Assembly (NCBI GenBank): GCA_977018835.1
Contig: OZ361257.1
Span: 558,001-622,000 of the forward strand
Direction of reading: 5' to 3'
DNA from: Minutocellus sp. GHC0000111
Taxonomy: Eukaryota
DNA: 64,000 nucleotides
Shown: positions 42,977 to 55,581 of the stretch, piece after piece
Layout of the letters: every line of letters begins with the position of its first letter
How positions within the stretch are numbered: the stretch's first letter is position 1
Notes under the pieces: model-generated
Told to the model about the DNA's origin: nothing
Seen by the model: only the letters and a program-made list of their open reading frames with translations
Database searches by the model: none
Translations under genes and position numbers: made by a program

Positions 42977-43629
42977 GACTGATCTGTGATGCGTTTTTTT
43001 CGTATCTTTTTTTTTGTTATGCCCACTCCGATGATCCTCGCCGCCAAAGAGTAATCTGTACAATCCGTATCTTCCTTTTGAGATATTCACAAAAAAGCGA
43101 CCGCTTTAATCGCTTGATTAATGATCCAATGAGTAGGTAAGTGTATCCAGTTCTCAATGGATCCGGCCGGCCACAAAAACGAAGACACGGACAGATGACC
43201 TCGATAAATCTTTTTCTTTGCGGAATCAGAACCCACGAATTGCAGAACTGCACCGCGCCGTCGCTTCGATGGGCCGAAGAGGGGGTATAGTCGACGTTCT
43301 CAAATGTATGATATCCTTTGGGTGGTACTATTCGAGCGGCAGGCGTCAACAAACCACCATGGAGAGGAGGGCATATCTTGTGTCATGTCGGTCGGCGGTG
43401 CGTTTCGCAAAGGATCCACTTTCTGAGACATCAACAAAAGAAAGTCAAAAACTTTCTTTATGATGGTACTCATGGCTTCAATCTTCTATCTGACGTAGAA
43501 CTATGCAGGCGATGATAGCAGCGCCTCCGCCACTGACTGGCACCGGTAGATCTGCCACCACAATCCACTACATGAAATTTTGTAATGAGCTAGTTTATAA
43601 CGTAATCTCTAGCTAGCTCTAGACTCTGG

Positions 43630-46600
43630 CTAGATTTCGATAGCTGCAATCGCTGCGTTGAAATCTCGTCGATATGCTTCTTCGTGGACGAGGGTGTCGG
43701 CTCCGTCCGTGGCTCCCAGCGTGTCATTATTTCTTTCGATGTAATGCTTTCCTCCGCACCGAATAACTTCTAAAAACGCATTGCTCCGAGACTCCCCATC
43801 ATCCAGAGATGCGGCTGCCTGTGCAGCCATTTTGATCATTGCCTCCTTGATTCTTTCTTCGTCGGAAGCTGCTGCATAGCCACACATCATCTGAACAAGC
43901 CTTGAGGAATCCTGAGGACATAGTGTATTCACAACTGAGCATAGCCGCTGGATAGTATTGATGCATTCGTCGCTTCGATCTCCCGTGCTTTCCACGTTAT
44001 CAGCTGTTGCCTTTTGGCCGCCCTTCAAGTCCCGCATAATTAACATGGCAGTCCTCTGAACAGCTTCGTGCAAGGTTTCTTCGCCGCCGCCGAGCGCACC
44101 AATGCTGGTCACGGCGCATCTGTTCGAAGCGACAAGCTCAAGGCTTGACAATAGCGACCGAGGCAACTGCTTTTGGGACAGCTCTGAAATCAGTGAAACC
44201 AAAAATGAGCCATCGACGCCATTCTGCCTCTTATTCGAGGTATCCCGAAGACAGAGTTCGACGAGCAACAGCAAGAGTCTGCCCTTGGCGTTGTGTCCGT
44301 GATTTCTCCACAGAGCTCTTGCATACGATGAGAACGACATCGTGCTGAGATGGACAAGGTCTGAGCTTGGAATGGCCAGGCCCATTGCTTCTGCCTCCAT
44401 TGCAAGGAAGGATGCAAATGCGCATTTTTCCATGTCAACCGACTGCTCTCCGCCATACCCTTCGCTTCTTATGACAAGCTCTAGGGCCTCTTGGGGGCAC
44501 AAGATTGACGCCACCTTTGCGATGGACCTTTCCATCGTGTGAAATCATCTCCTTTGCTACCGCTGACTCCTCCATAGACATGGACATACTAGAATTGCGT
44601 TGTGAGGGAGACATTTCTGAAAGTAGAGGCATGCCACTGGCCCCTCCATCACCGGTGCTCTTTTTCGCAAAGGCGATGCCGAGTAACTCTCGAGCATGGT
44701 CGAGGACGGTGTCGCCCTTGTTGCTGCCACAAGAGGATCCTGATTTAGAGGCCTTTGAAGAGAACGTTCTATTCAGCTTGGAGCTCGTCAGCGGCGTTCT
44801 TCTGGTGGCACGAGCACGGGTAGAGGCAGACTGGGAGGTAGATTCATCATTGTCGGCGCTTGACTCTCTCTTGTGATAACCCTCCGCGTATGACATGACA
44901 AAAGCGATACGAAGGGAGACCCTAATATTCGACCGTTCCATTTCTTCGCGAGCACATCCGTCACCGGTAATGGCAGATGGTTCTTCATCGGCCACTATCA
45001 CGCCATTACCACTACTCGACGAGCTTGTTGATGATGAGGTTGCATTTGCGCTTCCGACATCATCGGACCAAACATCACCATCGGCGCCCAGATCATTCAA
45101 ATTCATCACAAAGTCCTCGGTATCGTCGCTCTCTGTGCTGATAATGTTGCGAGAAGGTGTCGATGGGGCGGACTTTTTGTCATCCGACTTATCGGTGCTG
45201 GAGGAATTCGTCTTCTTTGCCGTCGCTTCATCTTCCTTTGAAGTTGTCGTGGCTGCATCGGCATGGACTAACCATCGGCGTGCCATTTTTCGCGCAATGT
45301 CACTAACATCAACATGTGAGTGGCCATCGGCAAGGCTTGAAATCGCCTTATGCACGGATACTGCAACTTGCCGAAAATCATCCATCGTGAAATAAGTGGA
45401 ATCAGTCACTACGGCCTCCGAAGTCATTATAGACGCCTCACGAAGGAGTCTTTCAACGAATTCTTCCGGTGAGATCAGGTCGCTACCCGTACGATTCTCT
45501 TGGACTTGATCGACAAGACCTGACAGAATCGACCGAACGTGGCTGGAAACACCCAACGCTTGGGAATGTCCGCGAGAGCAGATTTCATTTCACCGATTCT
45601 CTTGACGGCATCCAACGCAAACCGCTCGCTCTTGGCATACGAGCCCACGCCCTTGTGCGCTCGTGCTTTCTGCTCTGCCTCGCTAGACGCCCTCATGGCA
45701 TGCGACAAGGCTAATTCCAGGCATTCAAGGCGATCTTTGGACCCGTCAGGATACTTCAGTGCGCACCACTCGGCCAATTCAGCAGCATCACGAGATCCCT
45801 TGACGCGATTGATTATCGGCCGGACGCTGCTATCAAAGGGAGGAAGCGAGGTACCAATCGACATGGCCTTCTTGATCCGCAAGTGCAACGACCTTGCGTG
45901 GATGTATCCAGCCGGAAGACCCAACGAAAAGCACAATGGCGACAGAGCGGCCACAGATGATGCGCCACCATCAGCAGAAAGGATTGGCAGTAAAGGCTGG
46001 ATAGGATCAAAGTCGTCTCGAGAAGAAGACGCCGATTCGTGTCCTAGAACGCCGCAGTAGGTTACGGCGGGCTTGTCCGCATCGCTCTTGAAAGGGGTTG
46101 GAAGAGGAGTAAACAGCTTAGGAAAGGGTGGTCTCTCTTGCATAGGACGATCCTGGAAGTAGGACAAGAGGATAAGAAGAGCGTCTTGTCTTCTATCGAT
46201 GCACTCGTATTCTCTCTGGAAAGCTGCAAAATCAGACTTGTTGGACTTGTCGGCGAGAACAAGAGCCAGTTCGTTGAGGTATAGTGATACGACGAAAGAT
46301 TACCGCTCGTAATCTCGAAAGCACTTCTCCTTCGTTTCGAGCGAAATTAGACAACGCCTCAAAATTGCTGCGCGTGCCATTGATGAGGGAAGAAGGAGAA
46401 GAGTGTCCTTCGCGGCTCTCTCGCAGACCCTGAGGTCGCCACGAACATCGTAGAATCCAGGCGATGATGATGGTCGCTGCGTAGTGTCGCTTTTGTCGGC
46501 GTATCCCTCCGGCAACGAAAGCAAAAATTCAACGTGTTTTTGCGCTGCAAGCTCATCATCAAGGCCATAGGAGCTAACGAATCTCGTTGCGAGACTAAGG

Positions 46601-49600
46601 ACCTGATCGAGCGCTGCCGAGGCAGTAAGAAGGGTTTTTGAAGCACCTGCAATCAACGGAAGAACCAAAGAGGCGACGTAGGAATCGACTTCGGCCTTCT
46701 CCTTTCCGTCGAATCTCCTGGGATCGAATGTCACTCCGAAAGTTTGCAAAACACCCCACCAGCGAGCATTTGACGAGAGGCGACGGCATTGATCTACAAA
46801 GATATCCTGCTTCTTCCAAGCAACGACCTCGCGAATGGCAGAGTCCTTGAGAACTTGGGAAGAACCATCTCCGGCTCTGACGCCAATTGTCGCGAGAGTT
46901 GCAACTCTTGCAAAATCTCTCTTGCTAATGGCAGACGGAAGGCAAGCTCTGTAGACCTGTGAATTGCAAAGCGTTTTCGGCAAAGCAAGCAGTGAGACTT
47001 TAAGACAATCGATACGAAAATAAATAAGGAAGAAAGTGTTGCTCCCTCACAAAAACACTTACCTTGAATGCCGTTTTAATTGGCAAAGTGAAAAGATACG
47101 CCAAGGCAAGTTCAGAGTCGATGCTTCCACTTGTGATGCCGCTTCCGCTACCCCCGAGGCTTCGCTCAACAAGATATTTGCTTTCGTTGGAGATGCCACC
47201 ATCACCTAGTATCGAATTGTCAACATCAAAGGGAGAAATATCGTGGTTTGAGACAAGCTCAATTGCCGACGCGGATGCGCGGAGCCTCAGGGCAATGGTA
47301 TGTGCACCGCGATCATTCAAAAAGTCGTAGATTCTATCATCTTCAATCGTAGAGCCATTGGTGGACAGAATAAGGGCCATGAATTTTTTGCAGTAGACCA
47401 TACACAGCTGCAGCGACTCCAAGGGAGGAAGCAAAAGACCATCTCCAACATACCAGTCGCTGTGAAGTGGCGGGGTAATCGGCAATGCTTCTCTTCCTTT
47501 TCTGCTACCTTCCCCATCCGCAAAGGCCTCTGACTGATCAAGACATGGAACAGTTTCTCGCCGTTTTGAGAATTCTTGATCCAGTCCAACGCGGAAAGTT
47601 TCCATTGACTCGCCACTTCCACCATCGCCCCTGGTAAGAACTTGGCTAATTGTATCGGCAAGGCCCGTGAGGGAAACAAGCGGACCGAGCAACCTTCGGG
47701 AACAAAATCGCAGAGCGTGATCTTCAAGGACAGAGGAGGCACGGATTATGCATCTCATGGCTAAAAGAATGGATTCGTGGGACATTTTCTCGTCCTTGGG
47801 CTCAGACAAAAAGTCATCTGCACGATGCAACGGATCTGTGGCTTGAGACGATGCTTCCTTGGAGGCCCGGACACAATGGGCGGTGGCAACGGAATAGATT
47901 GTATCGAATGCAGCATCGGTAGACAGCTCGTCAAGAAGTCCCGATGCGACGAGGAAAGCGATACTCGCAGAATCATCTGACGAGTTCATAGCAAGATATG
48001 TTGCTTGATTTCCAACTGCCTTGCACCAAAGAATTGATGCGTCTTGGTAATTGCCAGCAAAGAGAAGGCTAATACCCCGCCTGGCACATGAGAGGGACTC
48101 CTCCAGCTCGCTACTATCGGCGTTGGCTTCCTTGCCCTCCAGTAACTCAACAGCGGGCCGCAAAAGGAGACGACAAACTTCTTCTTGAATCTTCTCGCTC
48201 TCGAGGTCTGATAGGCTGAGGTATATGCTGAAGGTACTTTGTAGCTCATGGATGGACTGAAATTTTTGCAAAAGTGCCGACCAGCTTGAGGTTCCCAAAG
48301 ACAGCATTGTCTTCGAAGCGTCTGCCTTGTGGACACGGCCGAGTTTGGATGCATTCTCCTGCATGACAGAGAGAATGCCAATAGCAGCTCTTGCGGCAGC
48401 CTTTCCTTCCTTTTGCTTTAGCTGCTTTGCCGTCGATGATGCTTCTCCCATCATGGGAGAGCAATCTTGCACCGCCTCGGATAGGTACATGCAGGTTTCC
48501 ACTCCGACCTCCTCGGCAAGAATGGGATCCTTTGTGTAAAGATAGCGGAGGAGTGAGGCACACTGGTCCGCGCGGAAGGCTTTTTCATCGGCATTGCTCT
48601 CGGGAGAGGCAGAGAGCGCCATGCGACGAAGGATCAAAACGCAGGCATCGGCCTTTGATAGATGTGTGAAGGCATCGCACAATGCGAGGGCATCCTGAAT
48701 GGTCGATGATCCGTCGATATGCCGGCAAACGAAGTGCAAGAGGCGGAGACCATGGTAGGGATCTGCAACACGAAAGAGCTCCTGAGCACCATTGCCACAA
48801 TATCGGCGGACAATTCTATCCACGGCAAGGAGCCTTGTTGCCTCTTCCAATTCAGATCTCATTTCATCATCAATGGCCCACTCGATGGCCTCTCTGGAGA
48901 GATTGGACAACGCCGGAGGTTGCTCGGTGCAAAGAATTGCCGCACGAAGCACTTTCAGCGCCACTTCACATCTCGCGGAGCCGGTGCATAGCCGGGCCAA
49001 CGATGCGGCTTCGAGCAAGACTCTTGCATTGTTTCGGTTGCTATCGCAAAGATCCTTGGTGTACATTGAAAGAACAACGTTGAAATCCGTCTTCGCAGCT
49101 TCACAGAAAGGCTTAACACGATCCATAATTTGTGCCTCCCTGTCAGCATCATTGGAAACCTTGGACGAAATCATCCGAACCAATTCCTTTGCAATAAATG
49201 AGGATCCTCCTCGTTCATCATAGAGCCGAAGGGTTACGATTCGCTGGGGCAGTCCTGCATCGCGGGCGTTTCTCAAAGAAACAGCATGACCGAGCTTGAC
49301 TTCTACTTCTTCAGCCTCCATGTCCTTGTCCTCGAACTGCCGATATAATTTCACCGCTTTTGCATCGCATGCACTGTAGTTGTTGAAACAATGATCGCCA
49401 ATAGACGAAGAAGGATCTGATGTAGAGCCTTTGTTTGTACCCGTGCCACGCTGAACTCTGCGCGCCATGAAAGATGCTGTCCCTCTCTGGCGCGGAGCAC
49501 CGCCCCGAAGAACGCCTAGTTGCATTACCGAGGGAGGTGGCGGCTTACCAAACAAAGGCTTTGTGCTCTGGTTCTCGTCTTGATAGTACGAGGTAGAACT

Positions 49601-52412
49601 ATTCAAGGATGAACTCGTATCATTGAGAGCACGTGAATCGTTCACGGATTGATTAGTATCAGCTGTGGGTCCCGATGAAATAAAAGAAGTGTGCATCGAC
49701 GTAGATAGATTTGCAGTTGCATCAGCGACAGTCTTCATTGCATGAGGTAGAAAAAGAATCATGTAAGAAATGATCATCACGTGAATAATGAATGGAAATC
49801 AGTATCAGATCAAAGAAGAAAGCCAACACATACCTTCAAGAGCGTAATGGCAGAATCAAGCCCCAACCCTCCTTTCTCGCCAACATCGTCAAAGGCATCG
49901 GCAAGACGACATGCCCGGTATCGGATTGCAGCAAGGAGGGGGTGGTTAATCGAAAGGCCGGGAATGATTGACTTCTCCAACCAAGAACAATAGGAACGAG
50001 GATCGACAGTAGCTGGGAGGCCATCAATTGCACTGGCCATATGCTCTGGTGTGATGCTCTGCGAAAATTCCGACCGACGAACCATCTCTGCAGCAACCCA
50101 TGAGCCCTCAAGAACCAGAGAACGAAAGACATCGGCAGGAGAAGCGGCATTTGCTAGCATTGGGCTGACAACTACGCGGTCCTCGTCTGCACCAGAAGCA
50201 GCATGCTCCACACACCGAATGGCCAACACTTTCGAATCAAGTCGTGACTTCTCAGCACGAAGGGAAGGGAGATGAGCCGGCGGCGTAGCCTTCATCGCAC
50301 CAGAGACTGTCGCAGCCATTGCCGACACCGTAATGCGGTAGTCTCGAGCAAGGATTTCCTCCGAAGCACCGTTCGATAGCATCGCCGAAGGCCAACCGAG
50401 AAGAACGTTGGACGCGCTCAAGAGACATTTGACACCGCGATCCCCTCCCGTGACCGCCCCAGATGAGAGTCGACGCAAACACTCTTTCGCTTCGGTCATA
50501 TTTTCCGCCGACGTAACGTTGCCGCCATCGATAATGTGCTTAAAGCGCTGCAAGGCAACCTCGGACCCATGTATCGTTCCATACTCTCCCTTGGTGGCAC
50601 TGGATGCGCCCACCGAAGCCAGCAGGGCATCCGCTTCGTCGTAATTTCCTTTTGCGAGGAAACGACGGAACCTCCCTACAACGTCGCCGGTGTCTCCACA
50701 GAATGTCATACATTCACCGATGCCGGAATTGTAGGAGACCTTGTAGTGAAACGAATAGTGTCTTGCATCTTTGCTGTTGGCATTGCTGATGCCATTTCCT
50801 AAATTCGCCAATGCCACGTCGATCCAACGAATCTCGTGATCCAGCTGCGGGACAATGGGCACCTTGAATACAACGCAGGGATCACCGACACAATTCATGA
50901 CGGTCTGGACGACGACAATACATCCGTTGGCATCAGAAGCAAACGACTTGAACGCAATTGCTGCAGCCGCTACATCACTTTCGCAGCTAGGAATCGGTGC
51001 CATGGCGTAAAGCTTGGGCTGGTTGGCCTCCAAAATGTATTCCGCATTCAATGTCAAGTTGGATTCAGCGAAGTAGCAAATCTTGGCCGATGAGTTTTGA
51101 ACAGCCGACAATAAGAAGAGGCCGTGAGTACCATCGACGCAAATACCAACGGACTCATCCACACTCCAGCTCCCCCCACCGTCTTTAAGGGACGCATTGA
51201 TAGATGAAGATTCGTTGACGAGGATTGCCTTCTTGCTCTTGGTATCGTAATCATGAGCTGACAACCCACCAGCTCCATCCAGTGCCAGGAATCGCACTGT
51301 GCGATCACCGACGAAGCACCCACCGAGCGATACTACGTGAGACTTATCCTCGCCCACCTCATTGACCATGATGCAGCGATTCTCATCCTCATCATTCGAT
51401 ACCGCCGAGGAGGATGGAAGTGGCGGGGGGATCGACATTTTGCCAGCAGCCGCGGCCATCTCGGCAGCGTCCGAGCTGTTGAGACGAGTCCCATCGATGC
51501 CAGAAACCAAAATGATGTTGATGTAGGGAACCTCGGAACTGCTGATCCCACCAGTGCCTTTTGTGCTGGCAGTTGGGCCAATGGGATTGCCAAATTCGTC
51601 ACACTCGGATTCCGAGGCCGATGTCTCCTCCCTTGGCGGCACCAGGATGGCAAGGATATCACCTCCAGCATTGGTATATTTCTCACCACCCGACACAAAG
51701 GCAATCTCGGCTGGAAGCATGGACGACATTTCTTCGTCTGCAGAAATAAAAACTGGAAGAATCCGTGAAGAAATGATAAATGCGGCGGGGATTAGGAATC
51801 ATCATCATCAGAGATTTTCATGAGAACAATAAAAACACACAAGAGATATGCATTCCTCCACAGCACTAGCCACGTACTTTCTCCCCAACATACATGCATA
51901 TAGCAACACTCACCCTCTTCGTCCTCATCACCCACGGCGTAGACTCGTCTAGTGGCCAGGACCTTGCCATCGCTGCCCCGCAGTAACGACACGGTGCCCC
52001 CCGCCGTCGAGGCGACGACTACCGATCCATCGGCATTGGACGTCACGCGGCACACCCGATGGTCGAAGGTGGCCTCCCAAGCGATCCAGTCTTGATCACT
52101 GCCGAAGCCATCTTCCTGGTTGTCGTCACTGTTGTTATTGCGCCGAATGCCAACGACCGAACAGCCATGGGAGATGGCATGGGGCGAAACCGAACAGGAA
52201 CGCCGGGCGTCGGCCGACAGTGCCGACTCGGCGTCGAAGTTGAACCTGGCGTCGTTGGCGACCGTGGCGTCCCAACCCCCGGCATTGCTGCGGGTGCTCC
52301 GACTGCTCCCGACGCTGGTGGTGCTGTCGGGATTTGGGAGGGGGAGGGAGCGGAGGATCGGTCCCTGGCCCGACGAGGGGGAGAGGGGTGGAGACGATGA
52401 TGATGATTCCAT
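43630..52412 (-). CDS. KNTC1: Rod/KNTC1-like kinetochore RZZ subunit; introns 51913-51738, 49833-49733, 47062-46957; in-frame TAA 46302-46300; frameshifts ~45556 and ~44540
   Basis: About 2.7 kaa, with a beta-rich N-terminus followed by alpha-helical sequence. CRRLSSNARWWGVLQTFGVTF and DYE motifs resemble the Rod C-terminal region as I recall it. Canonical splice sites join the ORFs. Confidence 0.65.
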
Positions 52413-52865
52413 TTATTTCGTTTCTTTTTTGTGTGAAGTGTTGCAATGGCATGTGGCTATGGAGCTATCTGTGCTCTGCGCCAGTTGACGCCGGTGTAAC
52501 GGGTCGGAGCACGAGACCGACCAGGTAACGTCAACTTCTACGTAGTCAGATACAAATGGTTCTCGAACGCAAACGACAGCTGCCACTACTAGCCTCGTAC
52601 AACGGAATGAACAGATGGGGCGGAGGCTCCTGCGTTTGGCAAGCAAGCAAGAAGAGTCAAACGGCCAAATGAGTCGAGTTGAGTCGAATAAGTCCAATCA
52701 CCAGAAAAAGTGCGAGATTTATTGAACACTACCAACAGAACAAGTAGTACTTTGCATCCATCCCTTCTCGGCCGGCCTGACGAACTGAACTGACGAAACG
52801 GCCCAGACCATCGCCCGCCCCGGAGGAATGACTGTAGCGATGGCGTTTCATTTTTTAGGCTTTGC

Positions 52866-54674
52866 ATGATGAAACGGCCCAGACCACCGCCCCCGTCGAG
52901 CGGAAATTCCTCCGGTGGCAATGTCGGCGAAAATCGAAGTATTGAATTCATCGTGCTACTGGGAATTTCCTGCCTCCTTCTGACTCATGGCGTGTCCACC
53001 CTGCGGGCAGTTTCCAATCTGCCCTCTCCGTACCATCACGAAACGAATACCGGGAGTATTAATTCAGCACCAAGGTCAACAAATGATGCACAAAACTACG
53101 ACTACTCTCGACAAGAACCGCAGCTGAGATTGGGTCAGCGGGTTGTCTCTGATGGCGACGACCACAGCAACCATGCCGCCAAACACAACGAACGTGGGAT
53201 GCAAGTGGACGCCAATTATGATGCACAAGAGCAAATTGACGACGGCAGTGACGGCGCTACCTTCCCAATATCCACCAGATCAACAGAGCATCATGAAACG
53301 ATTGTTCACCCGGCATCAATGATTGCCAACAACAATTGCAACCGAAAAAACAACCAGGAGAACATGGTTTACATGAAGGTGCCGCCGTTTTGGGAGCCAA
53401 AGAAATTCGCAACAGCGGGTGGGATCCGACAGCACTTGGGACAGTACGGTGAGCGACTCATCACACCACAGGAAGCAGCCGATGTAGGCAGCTATGTCAC
53501 CGCATCCGACGGCAGTAGCGACCGGCTGGAAACGATATACGTGGCCATCGCTTCGTACCGTGATTGGCAATGCTCAGCGACGGTGGAGAACGTCTTTTTC
53601 CGCGCCAAGCACCCCGAACGTATACGAGTAGGTGTCGTCGACCAGGTCGATGAGGGCGACGCCAAATGCGGACGACCGACAATACCGTGCGATAGAGACC
53701 CGGGCCAGATTTTATGCCAATATTCCGGACAGATTGATGTGTTTGAGATGGACGCGACGTTGGCGGTGGGACCCACCTACGCTCGTCATCTGGGACATCG
53801 AATGTATCGAGGAGAGTACTTTGCTATGCAATGTGATGCGCATGTACAATTTGTACAAAATTGGGATACAGATATTATTGAGCAATGGAAGTCGGCGAAG
53901 AACGAAATGGCTGTCCTCACGGCCTATTTATCCGATGTGCAAGGCGCCATTGACCCATCGACGGGAGAGCGATTGCACCAAAGCCGTCCAATCATGTGTC
54001 GTACTGATTACGAAGGATGGGGCGATGGGCGACATTTGCGTCACGGACAGCAGCCTGAGGGCATACCTGGCATAAAAGGAGAGCCGACCCTCGAGCCGTA
54101 TTGGGCCGCAGGCTTTTCTTTTGCACGTGGTCACTTCGTTCTACAGGTGCCATATGATCAGTATTTGCCAATGATCTTTCAAGGGGAGGAAATTTCCATG
54201 GGATTGAGAGGATTTACCTACGGCTACGATTATTACACACCTGAGAAATCGGTTTGCTTCCATATGTACGCCGTGGGAAAAAATAAGAGTAAGAGGAAGA
54301 AAGTGAAGTTGTTTTGGGAGCACTCGTCACTCTATTCCGGTGTCGGATCCCAAGCAATGAATCGATTGTTGGGCATAATACTTATGAATCCAGCCTGTAT
54401 CACACCGGACAAATGGTTGCACGAAGAGGAGCAAAAGTATGGGATTGGAAAAGTGAGATCGCTACAGAAATTTTTCGACACCTTCGGTATTCATACCGAA
54501 TCGCAGACGGTGGAACAGCATCTATGCCGCTTCGTCGGTAAGAAGATGCAGAACGAGTTCAAGCCACATCTGAGGAGCGACGCGATGGGAATCAATTACG
54601 ACAAAATCTTGTTTCGGTTTAAGGATCCTGCTCCAGACGAAAAGCCTCCCCCCCTGAATGGTGCAAGGTTGTGA
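52866..54674 (+). CDS. GT60 / Gnt1-like polypeptide N-acetylglucosaminyltransferase (type II membrane)
   Basis: IYVAIASYRD, GPTYAR, QCDAH..F...WD, WAAGFSFARG and FQGEEI motifs; N-terminal TM. Confidence 0.88.
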   Translation: MMKRPRPPPPSSGNSSGGNVGENRSIEFIVLLGISCLLLTHGVSTLRAVSNLPSPYHHETNTGSINSAPRSTNDAQNYDYSRQEPQLRLGQRVVSDGDDHSNHAAKHNERGMQVDANYDAQEQIDDGSDGATFPISTRSTEHHETIVHPASMIANNNCNRKNNQENMVYMKVPPFWEPKKFATAGGIRQHLGQYGERLITPQEAADVGSYVTASDGSSDRLETIYVAIASYRDWQCSATVENVFFRAKHPERIRVGVVDQVDEGDAKCGRPTIPCDRDPGQILCQYSGQIDVFEMDATLAVGPTYARHLGHRMYRGEYFAMQCDAHVQFVQNWDTDIIEQWKSAKNEMAVLTAYLSDVQGAIDPSTGERLHQSRPIMCRTDYEGWGDGRHLRHGQQPEGIPGIKGEPTLEPYWAAGFSFARGHFVLQVPYDQYLPMIFQGEEISMGLRGFTYGYDYYTPEKSVCFHMYAVGKNKSKRKKVKLFWEHSSLYSGVGSQAMNRLLGIILMNPACITPDKWLHEEEQKYGIGKVRSLQKFFDTFGIHTESQTVEQHLCRFVGKKMQNEFKPHLRSDAMGINYDKILFRFKDPAPDEKPPPLNGARL

Positions 54675-55581
54675 GTTCTAACTAATTACCTAATCTGAAA
54701 AGGCTAGAATCATGGGCATACATGTAGGCATAGAAATTTTCTGTGCAATTGTAACAAGTAAATTTAATTCCACTGTCTCCACTGCACCGAGATCCCAAAC
54801 AGAAGCAGCCAGCCGAGAAGGCAAATGGCATGATCTTTGCGATGCATTGCATACATCTAGCAGGTTGATTGTTTGTTGTTTACATGTACATGTAAGTCCC
54901 TCACAGACGCCAGTGTTTTATCTTCGACGAGCATGCATTATTGACTGCGAATGACAATGTGAGTATTTATGTACCAGTGCTGACAACGTAGGTGCGCAAG
55001 CCAGAGACGAAGACGACTCAGTCGAGTCGAGTTTTAGTCGTCGCTACATCGAAATTGTAGTGTTCTTCTATGCTGCCTGCAGCACAGTAGATCTATCAGC
55101 TGTGAGGATCAGCCAGCCTACTCTGCAACTCACTGCAACTCATCCTTTTCAAGCGTCGCGTCGTGAGCAACTATTTCATCCATACTGTTCGACGAGATGA
55201 TTCTATTCCGCTCTTTTCGGGCCTGAAAGGTCTTGGGCGCTCTACGACCCGCAATATGCCCGCGCCTTCACGGATCGACGTCCACCATCTCTAGCACGTC
55301 CATAAATGTTAGCCGCGGGACCAGTGCGTCCATAAGTGTTGCGAAAAGACACTGTCGAGTAAGGCTCTTTTTGTGGCGGTCATTGCTTCTTTTGCATAAT
55401 TGTTTTTGCCCTTATTTGTTGCGTTTTGTTCCCCAAGAGGATATCTTGACTTTTGGGCCTGGAGATCCGCAGTCCAACACATGCCAAGAGTAACTTCCGG
55501 CGCGTGGAAAACATCCGCTAAAAACCAGCGCGTCAAACCGCATAAAATCAAATCAAATATTACGATCTTACTCCAAGCAAG

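Noticed and set aside
15047..46302. TAA reassigned to a sense codon (two in-frame TAAs)
   Set aside because: TAA ends several clear genes in this window (INSIG-like, DnaJ, sulfotransferase), so mutation or sequencing error is simpler.
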